Positions 39,940-54,661 are shown, counted from the first letter of the whole stretch. The stretch: 63,951 nt of DNA, filler included, from Reticulomyxa filosa (GCA_000512085.1; 26 parts of 26 records of this genome joined end to end with filler, not necessarily neighbours in it); one strand, 5' to 3'. Numbers and translations are program-made. Notes: generated by a model not told the origin, from the letters alone.

Positions 39940-41495
39940 ACAAAGATCGAATTACAATTTAGTAATCCGCACCCTTTTTAACCCTTGCAAATAGCGCTGT
40001 CACTGTTGAAACAAGTATAGTACAATAGAAGTAAATCTCTTCCCAAAGCAATTAAAAACGCAAAAATTATGGCTACTTCACAAGAAGGTATTTTGAAGTA
40101 AACAATTGCCCCCTTTTCTGCAAATTCTCTTGCCCTTGCATTGTCACTTCCTGACGCTACTTCATCAGCATCATCTGAATCAAGCAGAACCGTTTCAACA
40201 TAAATTTAAAAATTCATATCAAAAACATTCAAGTTTTTTCCTTAATAATAAAAAAAAAGATAACAAAAAGTGCTTACCGCATCATCAACTATTATTCCTT
40301 GTGACTTAACATTGCCACTAGTCACAAGTTCTAATTCCAATTCGAGTGACATCGGTCTCGTCGTGCTTGGTTGTTTTGCGTTGCCTTTTTCATTCAGTGG
40401 CATATCTTTCTGAATCTTACTTACATTTCATAGCCTTCTGATAGCCATACATATTTGCTATTAATTTCAATACCAAAACAAAAATATTTTCTTCCATTTT
40501 TATTCGTCAAAAAAAAAATACTTATAAATAAAGATACGTATAAATGACATACTAATACGTCATTCAAAGGAAGGACCCAAAAATCATAAATGCCCAATTT
40601 CACGTCCGGCAAAATACGTATATAAAAAAAAAGTTGGGAATAATCCAAACGTAGTAATGACTGTGTGATTTGGATGTTCGACAAAGCAAAGCCAATAAAT
40701 AAAGGCTGAATGGTTGCAGCGGCTGCCAAAACAAAATTACAATAATTTTGGCGATTCCCAACAACGAATTTCTTATCAGATACAGCTCAGCAAAATTGTG
40801 GATTACAACAGCAAATCCAACAAATCCTTTTTTTTTTTTTAAAGAAAAAAACATTTTTGTGCATGATATCTTCAAATAAAAAAAAAAAGGGGATTGCGAG
40901 GCATCCACGTAACAACAAAAAAAGCTTCATTCTTAACTGCTAAAGCTTGGTGTCGAGGGAGCTAGCTGCAAAATAAATATAAACAGCAGTGTTGCTATAG
41001 TTATACAAGTCAATGCACGAAAAAGTTTTCCTTCACATTCAAAAAAAAAAGTGTTATTCGACAAAAAAAGGATTAGTTTGATATACCGGCTGAGTAAGTT
41101 GCAATAATACGGAACCAATCGGTGGTATATGGATTCTTCGAACCCATCCAATCGAAATTAAAATGATCATCACAAAGGTCACTGCAATGATAATGATCAC
41201 TGCGATCTCGCTTGTCTCGGCTGCTTTGTCGCATCGAAAGTAGGAGTTACCATTAGTTTCATTGTGAATGCAGTCATAGGAGTTAAATCTCAGCTCGGAC
41301 ATGATTGAACCAGTTATTCTTATGAGTATAAAAACTCGACGCACAGTTGGACTCCTCTGTTAAAAATACAACAATATTAATCGTCACACTTTTAAGAAAA
41401 AAAAATGTTCACTTGCTCAACTTTTGACGATATCGTCCAAAATCAGCAATTTTTTTGTGTTGTTATCGTCGTTTGGATTGGAATCTGTCGTCATC
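39940..41495 (-). CDS. Multi-exon multi-pass membrane protein, unknown family
   Basis: ATG at ~41494 (MTTDSNPNDD). Successive hydrophobic exons at ~41100-41355, 40935-41030, 40650-40825 and 40560-40615, then polar C-terminal exons. Confidence 0.5.
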
Positions 41496-44249
41496 TTCCT
41501 TAATTTTTTTATTGATCGCAATGCTCGAAATGGGAGGAAAATGGGTTGGCCCTTTTTGGAGTAGCTGTTAGCCAAACAAACATAAAGTTAACAAAAATAT
41601 TAAATACTGACTTTAAATTGATAATTTTATGTTGTCAATATGCTTTGTACAATATTGAAGCAAACATATGACCCCAACTGTTGAACTTAGTATTGATGAT
41701 ATGTAATGCAAAAGTTTAGGACTAAAAACAAAAATTTACATGATTGGCGTGCATAATTTATCTAAACATTTATGCAAGTTTTTTTGGAACTTGCCGTAGC
41801 AAGGAATCAAGCTTTTTTTTATTGCAAGAGTTCTTTATACGAAGAAAACGAACTTAGCTTTTGTAACTAGAACTAACAAAAAATCAAGAGAAATTGTTCA
41901 CTACGACTTTTGAAGTGAGCACTTTAGCCTGTGATTAAAGTTGCCAAAGGCCACTGAGTGAATACTTTGACACACAAGCTCTCGTTTGTTTTGTTTTGTT
42001 TTCTCAAATTAGAATCCTTCTTTAATGGAAATGTCTTCCTCATGAAAGAAGTACTTGATCGTGTTCAAGCTAGGTACAAAAAAAAATTGATCAAATATCA
42101 ATTGTTTGTGTATTCATTCACTGCGTTCGTTTTTCCGTTTTGTTTCAAATTAAAAAACGCAATTCCATTGGGAGAAGATATCTTTTCCGACAAACGACAT
42201 ATCACAAAAGTGTTCAAATCGCATATAATCTTTTTTCATTCAAAAGATAGAGCCACAATATATATTCATGCACAATACAGCCAAATCAACATTTATTTCT
42301 ATCATCTTACAATATATATGTATATGTAATATATGAAGCGGTAAAAAAAAACTTAGCCACTCAGTAACAAAAATCACGCAATATTAAATAATAGCTGAAT
42401 TGCTTTTTGTAGTTGTTTGGAGACATCCAAAACCTTGGTGCCAAGTTCTCTTGTTTTCACTCCGATCAAACATTTGGAGGCTTCACAAATGAGAGTCCAC
42501 AAATGATGGTTTTTTATTATAGTTTCAATGTCATATAAAATCTCAAATTTGTCATTGTGTGAATTGTCCTCTTTGAAATGCTTTCGAACGTTGATACCAG
42601 TGTTGTTCACGTACTCGTTTTTTACCGTCTGTGGATACGTCACTTTTCCAATCATCTCGATCAAATTTTCCATCGAATAGTGTGCATACTTCTCACTTCA
42701 TATCAATTAATTCTTTTGGATGGCTCTTAAATACTTCTTCAGCTTGCTGTACTCCAAATCAATGTCATAAGGTGCAAATGGCAAACCACGTTGCCCACCT
42801 CAACGCCACTCCTTTTTTTTTTTACAAAAATATTTGTAAATATAAAAATAATAATAATAAACTAAACAAATTGATATTTGGAAGCTACAAGTTTTGTTTT
42901 GTTTTTTGAGAAACCACTTTTTTTTTAAAAAAAATTTTGCTTTGTTGGAAAATTTTTTTCCGTTCCTGCTTTTTTTTTCTTCAAACGTTGTAATTTTGTG
43001 TTTAATGAAAAACGTTGAGATGGAATGTGATCTGTGGTATACGTATGCACGTATGTGAAAAAGAGAATAGTGAGCGAAAACCAAAAAAGATATACGGCAA
43101 ATGAACGGAACTTGCGGAAGCGTAGGTCGAAGTTTGAAGATAAAAAAATGTCAAAGTTAGTAATGAGAATTTTAAATGGTACAAAAGTCCCTCAAAAATA
43201 TTTGAATAGCAGAATGGAAGTGTTCATGCCAAGTGATGGAAAAGAAGATTTTGGAGCTGTTGCTACAGACGATATGATTGCTCTGGACGATAAACACAAA
43301 AGTGATGATGTCGAATTAGCGCAATCAGCGAAAAACCAAAATTGATGGATGAATCAAAGAAAAATGTAAAATCGAAAAGTTAAGTTTAGCCGAAGAATCA
43401 ATTATATCGAAAAAACCCTTTGTGAATGATTGATTTTTTGTGCCTCCTTCCTCATTTGCTTTGTATTTTTTTTATTGTTATCACTATTGAAGACAAAAAA
43501 AGTTCTTCTATCAACACCTTCTTTAATGATCATTGCAGTGTTCATACAATTTCATTTTTTAATTAAAAAAAAAAAGTAATTATAGTCTCTTTTGGTTGTC
43601 TCAACTACTTTAATACATGGAATTTCTTCGGCAATCCGGGAATAAAAATTTTATCCTTGAAAGCTTTGAAAACAATGATAGAAACAAATGATTTAACATA
43701 AAAAAATATAAAATCTGGAACTAGACCCTTTTTAAGGAACTCTTCAACTCATCATTANNNNNNNNNNNNNNNNNNNNNNNNNNNNNNNNNNNNNNNNNNN
43801 NTTAATTAATTAANNNNNNNNNNNNNNNNNNNNNNNNNNNNNNNNNNNNNNNNNNNNATATACAATATATCAATCCAGGAGAGATAACGTTACCAGAGTC
43901 ATAATGAATATAAATGTAAGATACAAAGAATAAGAATAAATGCATATTCAGTGGGCCACTTCTCATGTGACAAGCAATCCTGTTATTATTTAAATTCAAA
44001 GCCTACAAATGCAATGATCAATCACGGTACTCCTATTTCCAGGTGTATATTTTATTCTTATCATGTTTGCAGTTGTTGTAATATACCTTAATCAAGACAA
44101 TGTAAACATGTACTTTTTCATTGTACAGTGATTTACTTTAGGTGTGAAATGAAGCAAAGAAAAAAAGGAAAAAGAAGAAGATACTAAAGAAGGAGGAAAA
44201 AGGAATAAGCAAAGATGACAGTCGATAACATCCGCATCTGTTGTTGCTA

Positions 44250-46370
44250 TCGCATATATTTGCAACTATATTATAATGTAGCCACTGATATCGACACCGC
44301 TACATGTGAATGGAGACATTTCCAATATACAACTGGTATGACCTTCGTGTTGATTTGGTTACAAAAGGACCATTGATATCATCATCAATGAAGATTTGGC
44401 AGGAAATGATTGAATTGATTATTTCATTCTATGATGGAATACATTTGAAAGGAGATTGAGGTTAAAGACGTTGATTATTTTGTCTTTCTTTCTGGACCAT
44501 TTGAATTAATTGTTGCTTGTTGTTCTTGTTTTACAACAGCTAGAATATGTCATGTCCACTGGTGGTGTATGTGCTGGAACTGTAAATAAAGAAGAAGAAA
44601 AGGGGGTGTGGGGGGTACATAAATACAAAGCAAGCACTGCTGTCTTGATTGGAACGGAGGCGCTAGAAAAAAAAAATTTACGTAAAACGATATGAAGAAT
44701 ATAATAATATAGTGACCTCCTCCATAATAAACAGCAAATAGTTTCAATTTGAAGGGCATATGAAGATATTGAATCGGAAAACAATATCGGGAATAACACA
44801 TCCAATCAATCAAATACAAACTTGGTGGGGCCTTTTCCAATGCGATATTCAAGCCAAGAAAATACAAACTCTCAATACCACATCCTGTCCTTGGTAGTAA
44901 TACCTGCGTTCTCAAGGATCACTCCGTTTCGCAGATACATGGACAGTCCTGCCATCTAAACACGAACGAGATCTATCATTCCAAATTTGAAACAATGCAG
45001 GTTCCCTGCCTAGAGACAAGACGACGATTCAACACATTAGACAATGACCAAATCATTGTATTTAATGTGAATAAAAATAAGGCCAAATACTGCATTCATC
45101 GATTGTTATTTCAATCATCATCATTTCTATGGTCATGTTTCGTCGCTATTGTCGTAATTGGGAATTTGAGATGAAAGCAAGACTTATCACGACCTCGGAG
45201 CACACAAAGACAAAATTGAAAACAACATTGCCACAATATATATATTTTTTGGCAATATTGTCCGATGATATAACAAATCAACGCATTGATTTGTTGTGTT
45301 TTTTTTAATGTAATTACTTTCATTGTGTGATTTGTTGTTGTCATTGTAATACAAACGTGTTGTGCTCTAATGGTTGTGGTCGTTTTTCAATTAGTCGTAT
45401 TTTTGATATCTTCAATGATTATCTATTCTATCAATTTCTGAAATAAGCAATCCAAATAAGGTCCAGATTTTAATTCTTTCTTGTGTTATTCTCTGTTGGT
45501 GCAGTTGAAAACATCTTTCATCTTCAAATGTTTCATCCTTGGAGAGTTCGTTTGTTCATAAGTTTTTCTATATCAACAAACTTTACGATGGATAATGTTA
45601 CTTGAAAAAAAAAAAAAAAGACATTATCCTTTTCTTTTTTGAAAATAATAAAAGTGAAAAGATGATGAAACATTATCTCTTCTTTTATATAATCAAAAAC
45701 ATTGAGAAAAAATAATGACCCAACAACAAGTCAGCATATTTCAACCAACGCACACAAAATGTGAAAAGCGCACTATACAAAAAAAATCATAAATCGCATA
45801 GAACATGTATACAAGTAAGATCATAACTAATTCAAAAAAAAAAAAAAATGTCAACAATGACCAAAGCTACTGTAACCTGTTGTGATGTGGTCTCAGTGCC
45901 ACCAAAGTATAGCAAGACGGTCCAAGCATGGGTAGCTCTTGTGGATTGAAGGTTGTAAGAGAATATTGGTCTACGTATACTTGCCGATTGGGAAAGTACT
46001 TATACCATTCGAAAATACGCGATATGTGCATGGCCGCGGACAAAAGCTTACTAACACCTAAATAACTTGGTTGTTGTAACGATAAGCCAGCGGTTGTTGT
46101 GGACACTACGCGATATGTGAGTGTGACCGTGTTCGTAATCTATTCAGTTTGTTTTCTACTAACAACATTTCATCGTGTGCGCCCACGTTGTGTTCGTTTG
46201 CTGTTACCATCACACGCACCCAGTCTTCTGTTGGACGGTTTTGCACTTGATTGCACCAAATGCAATAGTCGTCTGAATGATATGTGCTCATGTCGCCAGT
46301 CGTCCACACAATCAAAGTGGTACACAATAACGTCCACCAAAATGACACGCTCTTTTCCATCATTTTTTTT
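44250..46370 (-). pseudogene. Possible decayed acyltransferase-3 (OpgC/MdoC-like) membrane gene
   Basis: RPTEDWVRVMVTANEH resembles the 'R..LD.LR.....V..H' N-terminal motif, and YFPN..FNPQEL resembles the pre-HLWFL segment. Many stops and frameshifts; weak call. Confidence 0.25.
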
Positions 46371-47914
46371 TTGTTGGTTATTCAATAGCTGTCTATACTT
46401 TAAAAGATCATTGATTACAACATCNNNNNNNNNNNNNNNNNNNNNNNNNNNNNNNNNNNNNNNNNNNNTTAATTAATTAANNNNNNNNNNNNNNNNNNNN
46501 NNNNNNNNNNNNNNNNNNNNNNNNTAAGGTAATATCAAACTTGTTTGATTTAATTGAATGCAAGAGTGGAAGGATGTGTTTTATTTTACTTTATTGTTTA
46601 AAAAAATTGAAAAAGCTGCATTCAATGTTTTTTAAAGAATTAAAAAGCATAATAAATAAGATTTGATCGAATATCAAAATAAGTTGCAACATATTTTAAG
46701 TATTACGTTTTCTTCAATACTAAATTTTATTTTTTTTTGTACAGTATCGAACATTCATTTCTGTTTTGTATTTTCCTGATTCTGGTTCACTTTGCATACA
46801 TCCATATTCGTTGCATTACGTCTTCAGTCTAAAGTATGTTAGTTCAAAAAAGGTACCAAAGAGAAAGTGTAATTTTATTTAAACGTTGATGATATTATCG
46901 TTTCTCCAAAAACTATTTATCATGCATGCATATGAGAGTGCAATTAACAAGTTACATATCATTTGATATTATACATTCATTTCAATCGATTTTCTAAATT
47001 AATAGTCAATCTTGTCTTTCTGTCAAAACCAAAAAATGATAATCCCTAAGACCGTTCGTCTACATTAATTTGAGTATATTTTCTTTTTCTATTAAAAATT
47101 CAGACTATTATTCGTGCATAGCATTAACTCGGCCACGTTTGGAATACAAAATGATATTTATCATTTATCCAATCTGAATTTTTCATTGTTTGCAAAAAAA
47201 TGTTATAATTCAAGCAAATCATTTCTATCAAACTTAAATGAGCATTCATTAATTGAACTCAAAGGTATACAAAAGTTTGTTAAAATGAAAAGAGTGAATT
47301 TATTGAATTGATATAGTAAATAATTTGAGGATCATTGAATAATAGATGATTTGTACATAATAAAAGATGGTAAATATGATAATGAATGGAAAATATTATT
47401 TAAAGAAACATCTGTCTCTAATTGCAAAAATCAAATTTTACAGTCTTCAAAAGAAACAACAAAATGATGCAATGCTATTGCCAACATTTGAGACATCAAG
47501 TAACTTATTTCATAAATTCATAAATGAATTGTTCTTCTTTTTTATTAGAACGAAAAAAAAATAAATCAAACAACAACACAAATTTTAACATAAATAGTTT
47601 TAAATGAATTTTGTTAATGTCTTTTCAATTCAAAAAAAAATTGGTAATTTATCCACAAACACGAATTAGACCTTTACCTGAACCATAACATAAATGAACA
47701 CCACAATCATTTTTTACTTTCTTTTTCAATGATATAAATTTAAGACAGTTTATTCCATCNNNNNNNNNNNNNNNNNNNNNNNNNNNNNNNNNNNNNNNNN
47801 NNNTTAATTAATTAANNNNNNNNNNNNNNNNNNNNNNNNNNNNNNNNNNNNNNNNNNNNAAAAAAATGTACGTATGTATGTATATGTACATACACATATA
47901 CACAACACAACACA

Positions 47915-49133
47915 AGAACAAAGGAAGAACAGAAATTGTGTGGTAACCGGGAATGCTGAAGCAATTGCGGAGAAGGGATACATTCCAAGTCTACGCAGCT
48001 GGCGCTCTTTCGAATGGGCTCATGGACCGTCGACAAGGGACGCTGAATTTTGGTATTGATCAGACAGAAATACGACACTCGAAGCGACCCTTGGCCGAAT
48101 GGCTGCTTGGCGATTTTGACTTGAATTGGGCGCTCGGTCCATGTCAGCCACTTGTTGTCCCAATCGAATTGTATTGCGTATTGCCACTCCAATGTGGACC
48201 AATCGGGAGGATGTGGATCCAACACTAATTTTTCATTGGAGTTTTGTTTGACATTTGATTGTTGTTGTTGTTGTTGATGATGTTGATGCTGTTGTTCTTT
48301 TCTGACACGGGTCGGAATGTCATGTTTGGAATATATCGAAAGCTTACGCAAGTTGTTTTCTTTGTATTCACTTACTTCCGTTCCTGTGGTTTCCTGGAGC
48401 ATTCTTTGCACCTTTTACATTTGGCAAAAGAAAAATGGACCAACAACCTCAAAAAAATAGTCAAATTTAGATATCATAACATATACATATATATATATAT
48501 ATATATATATGTACAAATATATACATGGTATATGGGTTACTTTACTTTAAAGTCATACTCTTGACGATCAACAATTTGATACTGAATCAATTTGTCCAAA
48601 TTTGCCCAATCCTCAGGTACGGAAGGTTGGGTTGCGACAGGGACCTCACTCTCATTGGTATGAGCGCTGGGATGGCTTCGACGGGACGACTGTTCGCACA
48701 GTGGATGGTTGCTACAGTCGACCGGCCTGTGCGAGTGCTTCCGACCGTAGTGGTAAGATCTCTGCGAGCCGTGCTTGCTCATGGCGCGGGGATCACGGAT
48801 CGGCGCTTGGACGAGCGAGTACTTGCATGTGTCGATGGAGTTGTAACTCAAATTCCCGTCCGTGTATGTGGCGCTGCACACCGATGTCGAGGTTGCCATG
48901 TCGTCATGAGACGCGTTCATCATCATCGGACGGAAGCTGTAATGATTCGACGACATCTCTGCCGCGCCGAACAGCGAGGACTGCGATGAGTGATTGGTCT
49001 TTGGAATGTACAAGTACTTGGGCGGGCAGTGAGCTCCCATTGCATTCCTTGCTTTGCTCTTTGCTTCCTTTGTCGTGTCATTGTCACTGCTCTTCTTTTT
49101 TTTTCTTTCGTTTTGGCCGTCTTGCTCATTGGC

Positions 49134-49168
<35 letters not shown>

Positions 49169-49314
49169 TGGCATTGCTCTTGTTGTTACTGTTAGTATTG
49201 TTGTGTTTGTTCTTATTTTCGCTATTTTCCGTTTTTTTCGTATCTTCCCTTGTTTCAAGTTGTTCGTTATTATTATTATTATTATCAATGTTATTGTTAT
49301 TATTATTATTATTG

Positions 49315-49358
<44 letters not shown>

Positions 49359-50175
49359 TTGTTATTGCTATTGTCATTGTTGTTAATGTTGCCGTTGTCA
49401 ATCGTATGGTCCTTATTGCCATTGTTGTTGCTATCGATATTGACGGCTTCGATGCGGTCATTCTCTATTGAATTATGCTGATTCAACATTGCTCCCAAGG
49501 GCAGTGTGTTTGTTGTCGTTGCCACCGTTATTGTTGTGTCTCGCTTCAACATCGACTCTTCGGTATTCGCTCGAAGCGATATCGGACTGCAACTCCGTGT
49601 CGGTGCACCTTCATAAGGTGGGCTTGGGCTCTCTCTTGAATATAACTTTTTTCCACAAATATGTGTACGCAAATATACATATATATACACACACACACAC
49701 ATATACAGATAATGACGTAGAAAATGTAGTACTTCATTATAATGCCTCGATTTTGAAAAGTTAAATGCGCACACATAAAAAAAAAAGGGGGGTATAAAAT
49801 GATCCCTTTTTTAAAAAAAAAGGTATTAGAAAAGGGACAAAAAAAAAAAAAAAGAAAAAAAAGGGTGGGGGAAACGAAAAATAGTCCATTACACATACAC
49901 ACACGTTATCAAACTTGTCTTTGCTGATGAGAAAGCTTCAGTTCTTGGATGGCTTTCAACAAAGCGTGTCGTGTGCCAAAGGCATGAATACCCATGTCAT
50001 CACGGAGGATGTCATTGTCGAGGGCGAGGAGTGCGTCCCCATATACTCGATGTTGCTCAAATATCGGAACTATCTCGTCAAATGTTCCATCACGAGTCGA
50101 CTTCAGCCATGATAACACTTGCTCCACTGACCAATTGCAAATGTCACTGTTTACGCCTTCCCTATTTTTTTTCAT
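47915..50175 (-). CDS. SAM-domain alpha-kinase (eEF2K/MHCK family), multi-exon, 3' truncated
   Basis: SAM domain: WSVEQVLSWL...FEQHRVYGDALLALD..LRDDMGI..FGTRHALLKAI. Alpha-kinase start: W....IQVKIAKQPFGQGSLRVSY. The poly-Asn linker has an apparent 1-nt frameshift near 49360. Confidence 0.8.
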
Positions 50176-50785
50176 CCAGTTTCTCCCATTGTTTTTTCGG
50201 CTCCAATTAATTAAACTAGTTTCCTTGTTTTGGTTTTGTTTTTTGGTTGTTTTTTTTTTCTGCTTCTTCTACTCTTTATCTTAAAATCGAGAGAAGAGAG
50301 AAGAGAGAAGACAGAGAGAAAGAAAGAGAGATAATAACATTTTTCTCAATTATATCGGATTGTGTTATTCACTGGAAGATTATCCCACAACACCCTCGAA
50401 ATCTCCAAAAACGAAAGGGACAGCAGAAAACGCAAAAACAAATTTTTAGATTTGAAAGTGAACAGCATAGTAAGAGCGACAAGTTAGATAAAAGACGCTG
50501 TATTGAGATCGAGAGCACAGCTCTTTGAAAAGAATATATGAAATGTAATTATCAGGATTTGACCAAGATAATGTGACCATAAGTTATAGTGTCGTGTTTC
50601 ATTTTGAAATGAGTTAACTTCCCTCTCCTTCCCCAGAAAAAAAAAAAGATGTTTACAACAAAGTATTAAGTCAAACGAAGAACTGACAAAGAAAAAATTT
50701 TTGTTTGTACACAAGTCAAGCAAAACGAGACTGATATCTTCAGATGAAGAAACAGCAATAAAAAAAAGTGTTGAAGTGAAATGGT

Positions 50786-51220
50786 TTAATGATTTTTTTC
50801 TGCAAGAGCTTCAAGGACCCTTTCGTAGGACAAAAAAATGCCACTGTGAAGAATAGCTGCGCGAATGATAGTAGGGACCAAGCCGTTGAAGAATGGTTTA
50901 ATTCCGGTTTCCAAATACATTTGAACAGCGCAATGCAATTGGCTGCGATAGGTATTTGGCGGGGATACTTGAATTCTAGTTTTGACCACATCAATGGGAT
51001 ACGTCAATACCCAGCATCCAATTCCAGCCATTGCACCACTGATGAAAATACTAGTGGAACTCATCTCCGACTTGGAGGTCGCATTGAAACTCAGTAAATG
51101 GCAAGACGCTTCATAAATTGGATAATACACTGCGAATTGTGGTATTTCACGTGCAATTGTTGGTCCAACGCCGTACATCAAACCTGATCTCACTCCGTAC
51201 CTTCTCAGTAAAATTTTCTG
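50786..51220 (-). CDS. Mitochondrial carrier (SLC25, amino-acid/carnitine carrier-like), last exon
   Basis: PTIAREIPQFAVYY, SGAMAG...W..TYPIDVVKTRIQ (PxDxxKxR), FFNGLVPTIIRA. Confidence 0.9.
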   Translation of the reverse strand, partial: QKILLRRYGVRSGLMYGVGPTIAREIPQFAVYYPIYEASCHLLSFNATSKSEMSSTSIFISGAMAGIGCWVLTYPIDVVKTRIQVSPPNTYRSQLHCAVQMYLETGIKPFFNGLVPTIIRAAILHSGIFLSYERVLEALAEKNH

Positions 51221-51399
51221 TCGTTGTTGATCAAAGTTCAAAAAAAAAAAAAAAATTTTTTTTTTTTTTTTTTAAAGGGCCCCAACATTTTATTATCTTN
51301 NNNNNNNNNNNNNNNNNNNNNNNNNNNNNNNNNNNNNNNNNNNTTAATTAATTAANNNNNNNNNNNNNNNNNNNNNNNNNNNNNNNNNNNNNNNNNNNN

Positions 51400-51439
<40 letters not shown>

Positions 51440-52966
51440 TCAACTGTTATGCTGCCCCGCATTTAGACTATCTTTTCTTTGCTGCACTCGATTTTGGATC
51501 TTGTTGAATTCTTGACCCAAGTACGCGTCGGTGATGTCTTTCCAGGTTCCCTTGTCTAAAGCTTGCTGCACTTCTCTGGATGCGCGTCGAGTATACAAGG
51601 GCAGCCCCGACCCCGTGGATATGCTGCTTCGATGTCGCCTCGGCTTGTTATCTGCAATGGCGTGACGAGGATTGGGAATGTTCTCTGACCCTGACCCTGA
51701 CCCGGACCCAGATCCAAGCCCAAGTCCAAGTCCAATGCCAATGCCAAGTCCAACACCTTCAAGACCTCCCAGACTAAGGCTAAGGTTCTCGGTGTGACCA
51801 ACACTCAACGGAGGCTTATTGGCACTATTGACATTGGCATTATCTGCTTTGAGCACGTTCTCTGCTCGTCGGTCCACATAACTGTTGATCGCAGAAAGAG
51901 ACGAAGAGAGCTGATTTGTCTCGTCGATCTCTTTGTGCACTTTTTTCAAAGGCCCAGAGTGGAGGCCACTGCCAATGCCCTTCGCCATCCCCGACAGCAA
52001 CGAATTTTCCCGAAAGTGCTCGATTGCACTTGCCCCTGTGTACGTCCCACTTCTCTTCAGCGTGTTCATCCGTGTGGGCGGCGCTATTACAGCCGTTTTT
52101 ATTTTCCATTCACAAGTTTTGGTCATCTTATTTAACAGTTTACAAAAGGGAGATTATATTTTTGTTTGTATATACAATACATATATACATATATACACAT
52201 ATACATAGAGGGACCAAAAAAAAAAAAAAAAAAAATTTATAAAAACACAATATTTCAAACTTTTGCACAATTAAGAATGCTGACAAAGCAAAAAAAAAAA
52301 TAAAAAAAAAATCAATAGTGCTCAACGATTTGTCTCCACGATGCCTCGGAACGAATCCATTTCTACTATTATGGAACTCGAATTAGGCCCGACATTTGGG
52401 ACAATGCGAGTGTTTTCTCGGGTGTGAGGGGGTTTCGGCGAAGATGCACCTGATGAATAGGTGTCCGCATCACTGTCTCGACCTAACACATTTCACAAAG
52501 GTTGGCATACAAAAGGTATACGTTTTAACATAAAATTTGTTTTTTCTCCCAACCTTTTTTTTTTTTTTTTTTTTATAAAAAAAAAAAAAATGATATAACG
52601 TGTGTGCATCTAACTTATGCCGGCTCGAATCAATGATTCCTTAATGGGGGCTTGGTCGGTCTCATCAATAATTTCGTCAATTATCTCTTCCGGGGACGAA
52701 CCGACATCTTCCAACCCCCTTCTGTTCACCCGAAATGTGCCTGTTGAGTTGTACATGAATTGATCTGACGTACGTGTAGGGTGCTGAACATGATGGATGT
52801 GATGCGAGGTTCGATTATTATGAACAGTTGGCTGAAAAGCCGTGCCAACGTTGTTCTCATTTTCACTGGGCTGCTGTCGGCGAGTTGACGCATACCTTTG
52901 CATCAATAATGTTTGAGAAGGGACAGGATTATGATCTGTTATGTTTTTGCTGATTGTTGCTGACAT
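51440..52966 (-). CDS. Unidentified multi-exon protein (N-terminal disordered part)
   Basis: ATG at 52966. Exons at ~52615-52966, ~52330-52480 and ~51445-52130 are separated by poly-A/T introns. Confidence 0.55.
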
Positions 52967-53556
52967 TTTTCAATCTTCCTCTATAAAAAAAAAAGAGTTC
53001 ATTCGTGAAACCGCCTGACACTGGCCGGGCTCAGTTTGCTGAAGTTAACGTCGATACCTTCCCCATGTTTTGTCCTTACTGATTTTATTTATTGCCTTTT
53101 TTGTGAGTAGTTAAAAATATTCCTTCCTTTTTGACTTGTTTTTTAAATAATTTTTTTTTTCGTTTGTATTTATTTTTAATTTTTTGTTTTTGATAACTCT
53201 TGGAATTTGTTCTGAAAGCCTAAATTTCTTCTTGTCAGTACTGTAGTTCTAGACATTCACTAGTGTCTCTGGAAGGAATTGCAAATGATCGGAGTATGTT
53301 AATTTCATACGCCAAAAGGGGGTTCAAGCGCTGATTGATACGACCTGAATCGTAGGGATATTGAACTTAAAAAAGAATTTATATAAATAAATAATAATGT
53401 CTGAGAGCGAACAGCCGAAAATCATTGTTAAGTAGTCTATGCGTACATGAAGAACAGAGAGAAGCAATGAATAAAAAGTTGGTTTGTTTTTTGGTGTTGT
53501 AGGGGACAAAGCGTTCAACACCATCGAATGGACTGACCCAAGAGACGCGATCAAAG

Positions 53557-54522
53557 ATGCCTCGTCTGGCATCTCAGCACTCACAAATGGTACCACAGAC
53601 GCAACGACCAGCGCCGATGATGGGCGGGCCACTTCCCTATCCATACAATCCATATCTCGCACATGTGAACTCGGTGCCTCCAACCCCCGGGTACTATGGT
53701 CCGCCGTTCCCATACCCTTCAGGATATTTCCCGTTCACGCAGAACGTATTCGCACCACCAACAGGACTATACCCACCAATGTCAGGAATGCCACCAATGA
53801 AGTACTCTGGCGGAATGAATGGTCCGCACTACCGCATGATAGGTAATGGAGGAGGAGGAAGCGGCAAGATAGGTTCCATCGGTGGCAGCGGCGGCGGCGG
53901 CGGCGGCGGCGGTGGTGGTAGTAGTAATGGTGGGAATGGGGGCGGTGGTCAAGGAAAAATGTCCGCATACGGATTTTCGCACAATGGCGATCCAAGCCAA
54001 ATGCACATTGCAAACTCAGGGAATAGCAACAGCCCACCTCCGTTGATCTCCAGCGCGCCGTCGCCGGATCACTCGTTGCCCGAAAAAGTGCGAATGTTAC
54101 AGAAATATCAGTACCCAAGCAAGTTGGAGAAGATCATCATAACGACGACGGCCAACAGTGCCAATAAACCAAACAATGGCAAAGGCGAGCCCTTTTATCG
54201 CGTGTACTTGGGACAGTTTGAGGCGCTGGTGTTTGGCAAGATGAGCTACGAGACGTTGACCGACATTGGCACGAGAGTGGTGCTGAGCACGTCGTCAAAG
54301 AACACCAAAAATATCAACGCCTTCACACTGAACGATGGCGACTACGTTGGGACGGTCGACAACACCACAGCAATGATCTTTGCGTCGTTCATCGCTAATG
54401 AAAATGAACGTGAAACTGGACATTCCACGCAATATGCAGGCAAGAAAGTCAATGGCTCACTTTCGTCGTCTTCTTCTTCTTCTTCTTCTTCATCGACATC
54501 ATCATCGTCGTCATCGTCATCA
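53557..54522 (+). CDS. Pro/Gly-rich protein with possible HIRAN-like domain (partial)
   Basis: Open 320+ aa frame. VVLSTSSKNTKNINAFTLNDGDYVGTVDNTTAMIFASFI resembles HIRAN 'N..D.NAI....G..+G.+....A..LA'. Confidence 0.45.
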
Positions 54523-54661
54523 NNNNNNNNNNNNNNNNNNNNNNNNNNNNNNNNNNNNNNNNNNNNTTAATTAATTAANNNNNNNNNNNNNNNNNNNNNN
54601 NNNNNNNNNNNNNNNNNNNNNNTAAATCTTTATAATAAAAAATAAACCTATTTTTCAATCT

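Noticed and set aside
42000-43345. Short ORFs 42374-42790 (-) and 43034-43345 (+)
   Set aside because: Coding-like, but no recognisable motif and the minus-strand piece is interrupted. Not enough support for a call.
48923-49774. Poly-Ile/Leu/Tyr 'membrane' ORFs
   Set aside because: Alternative readings of an (AAT)n poly-Asn tract in the alpha-kinase gene.
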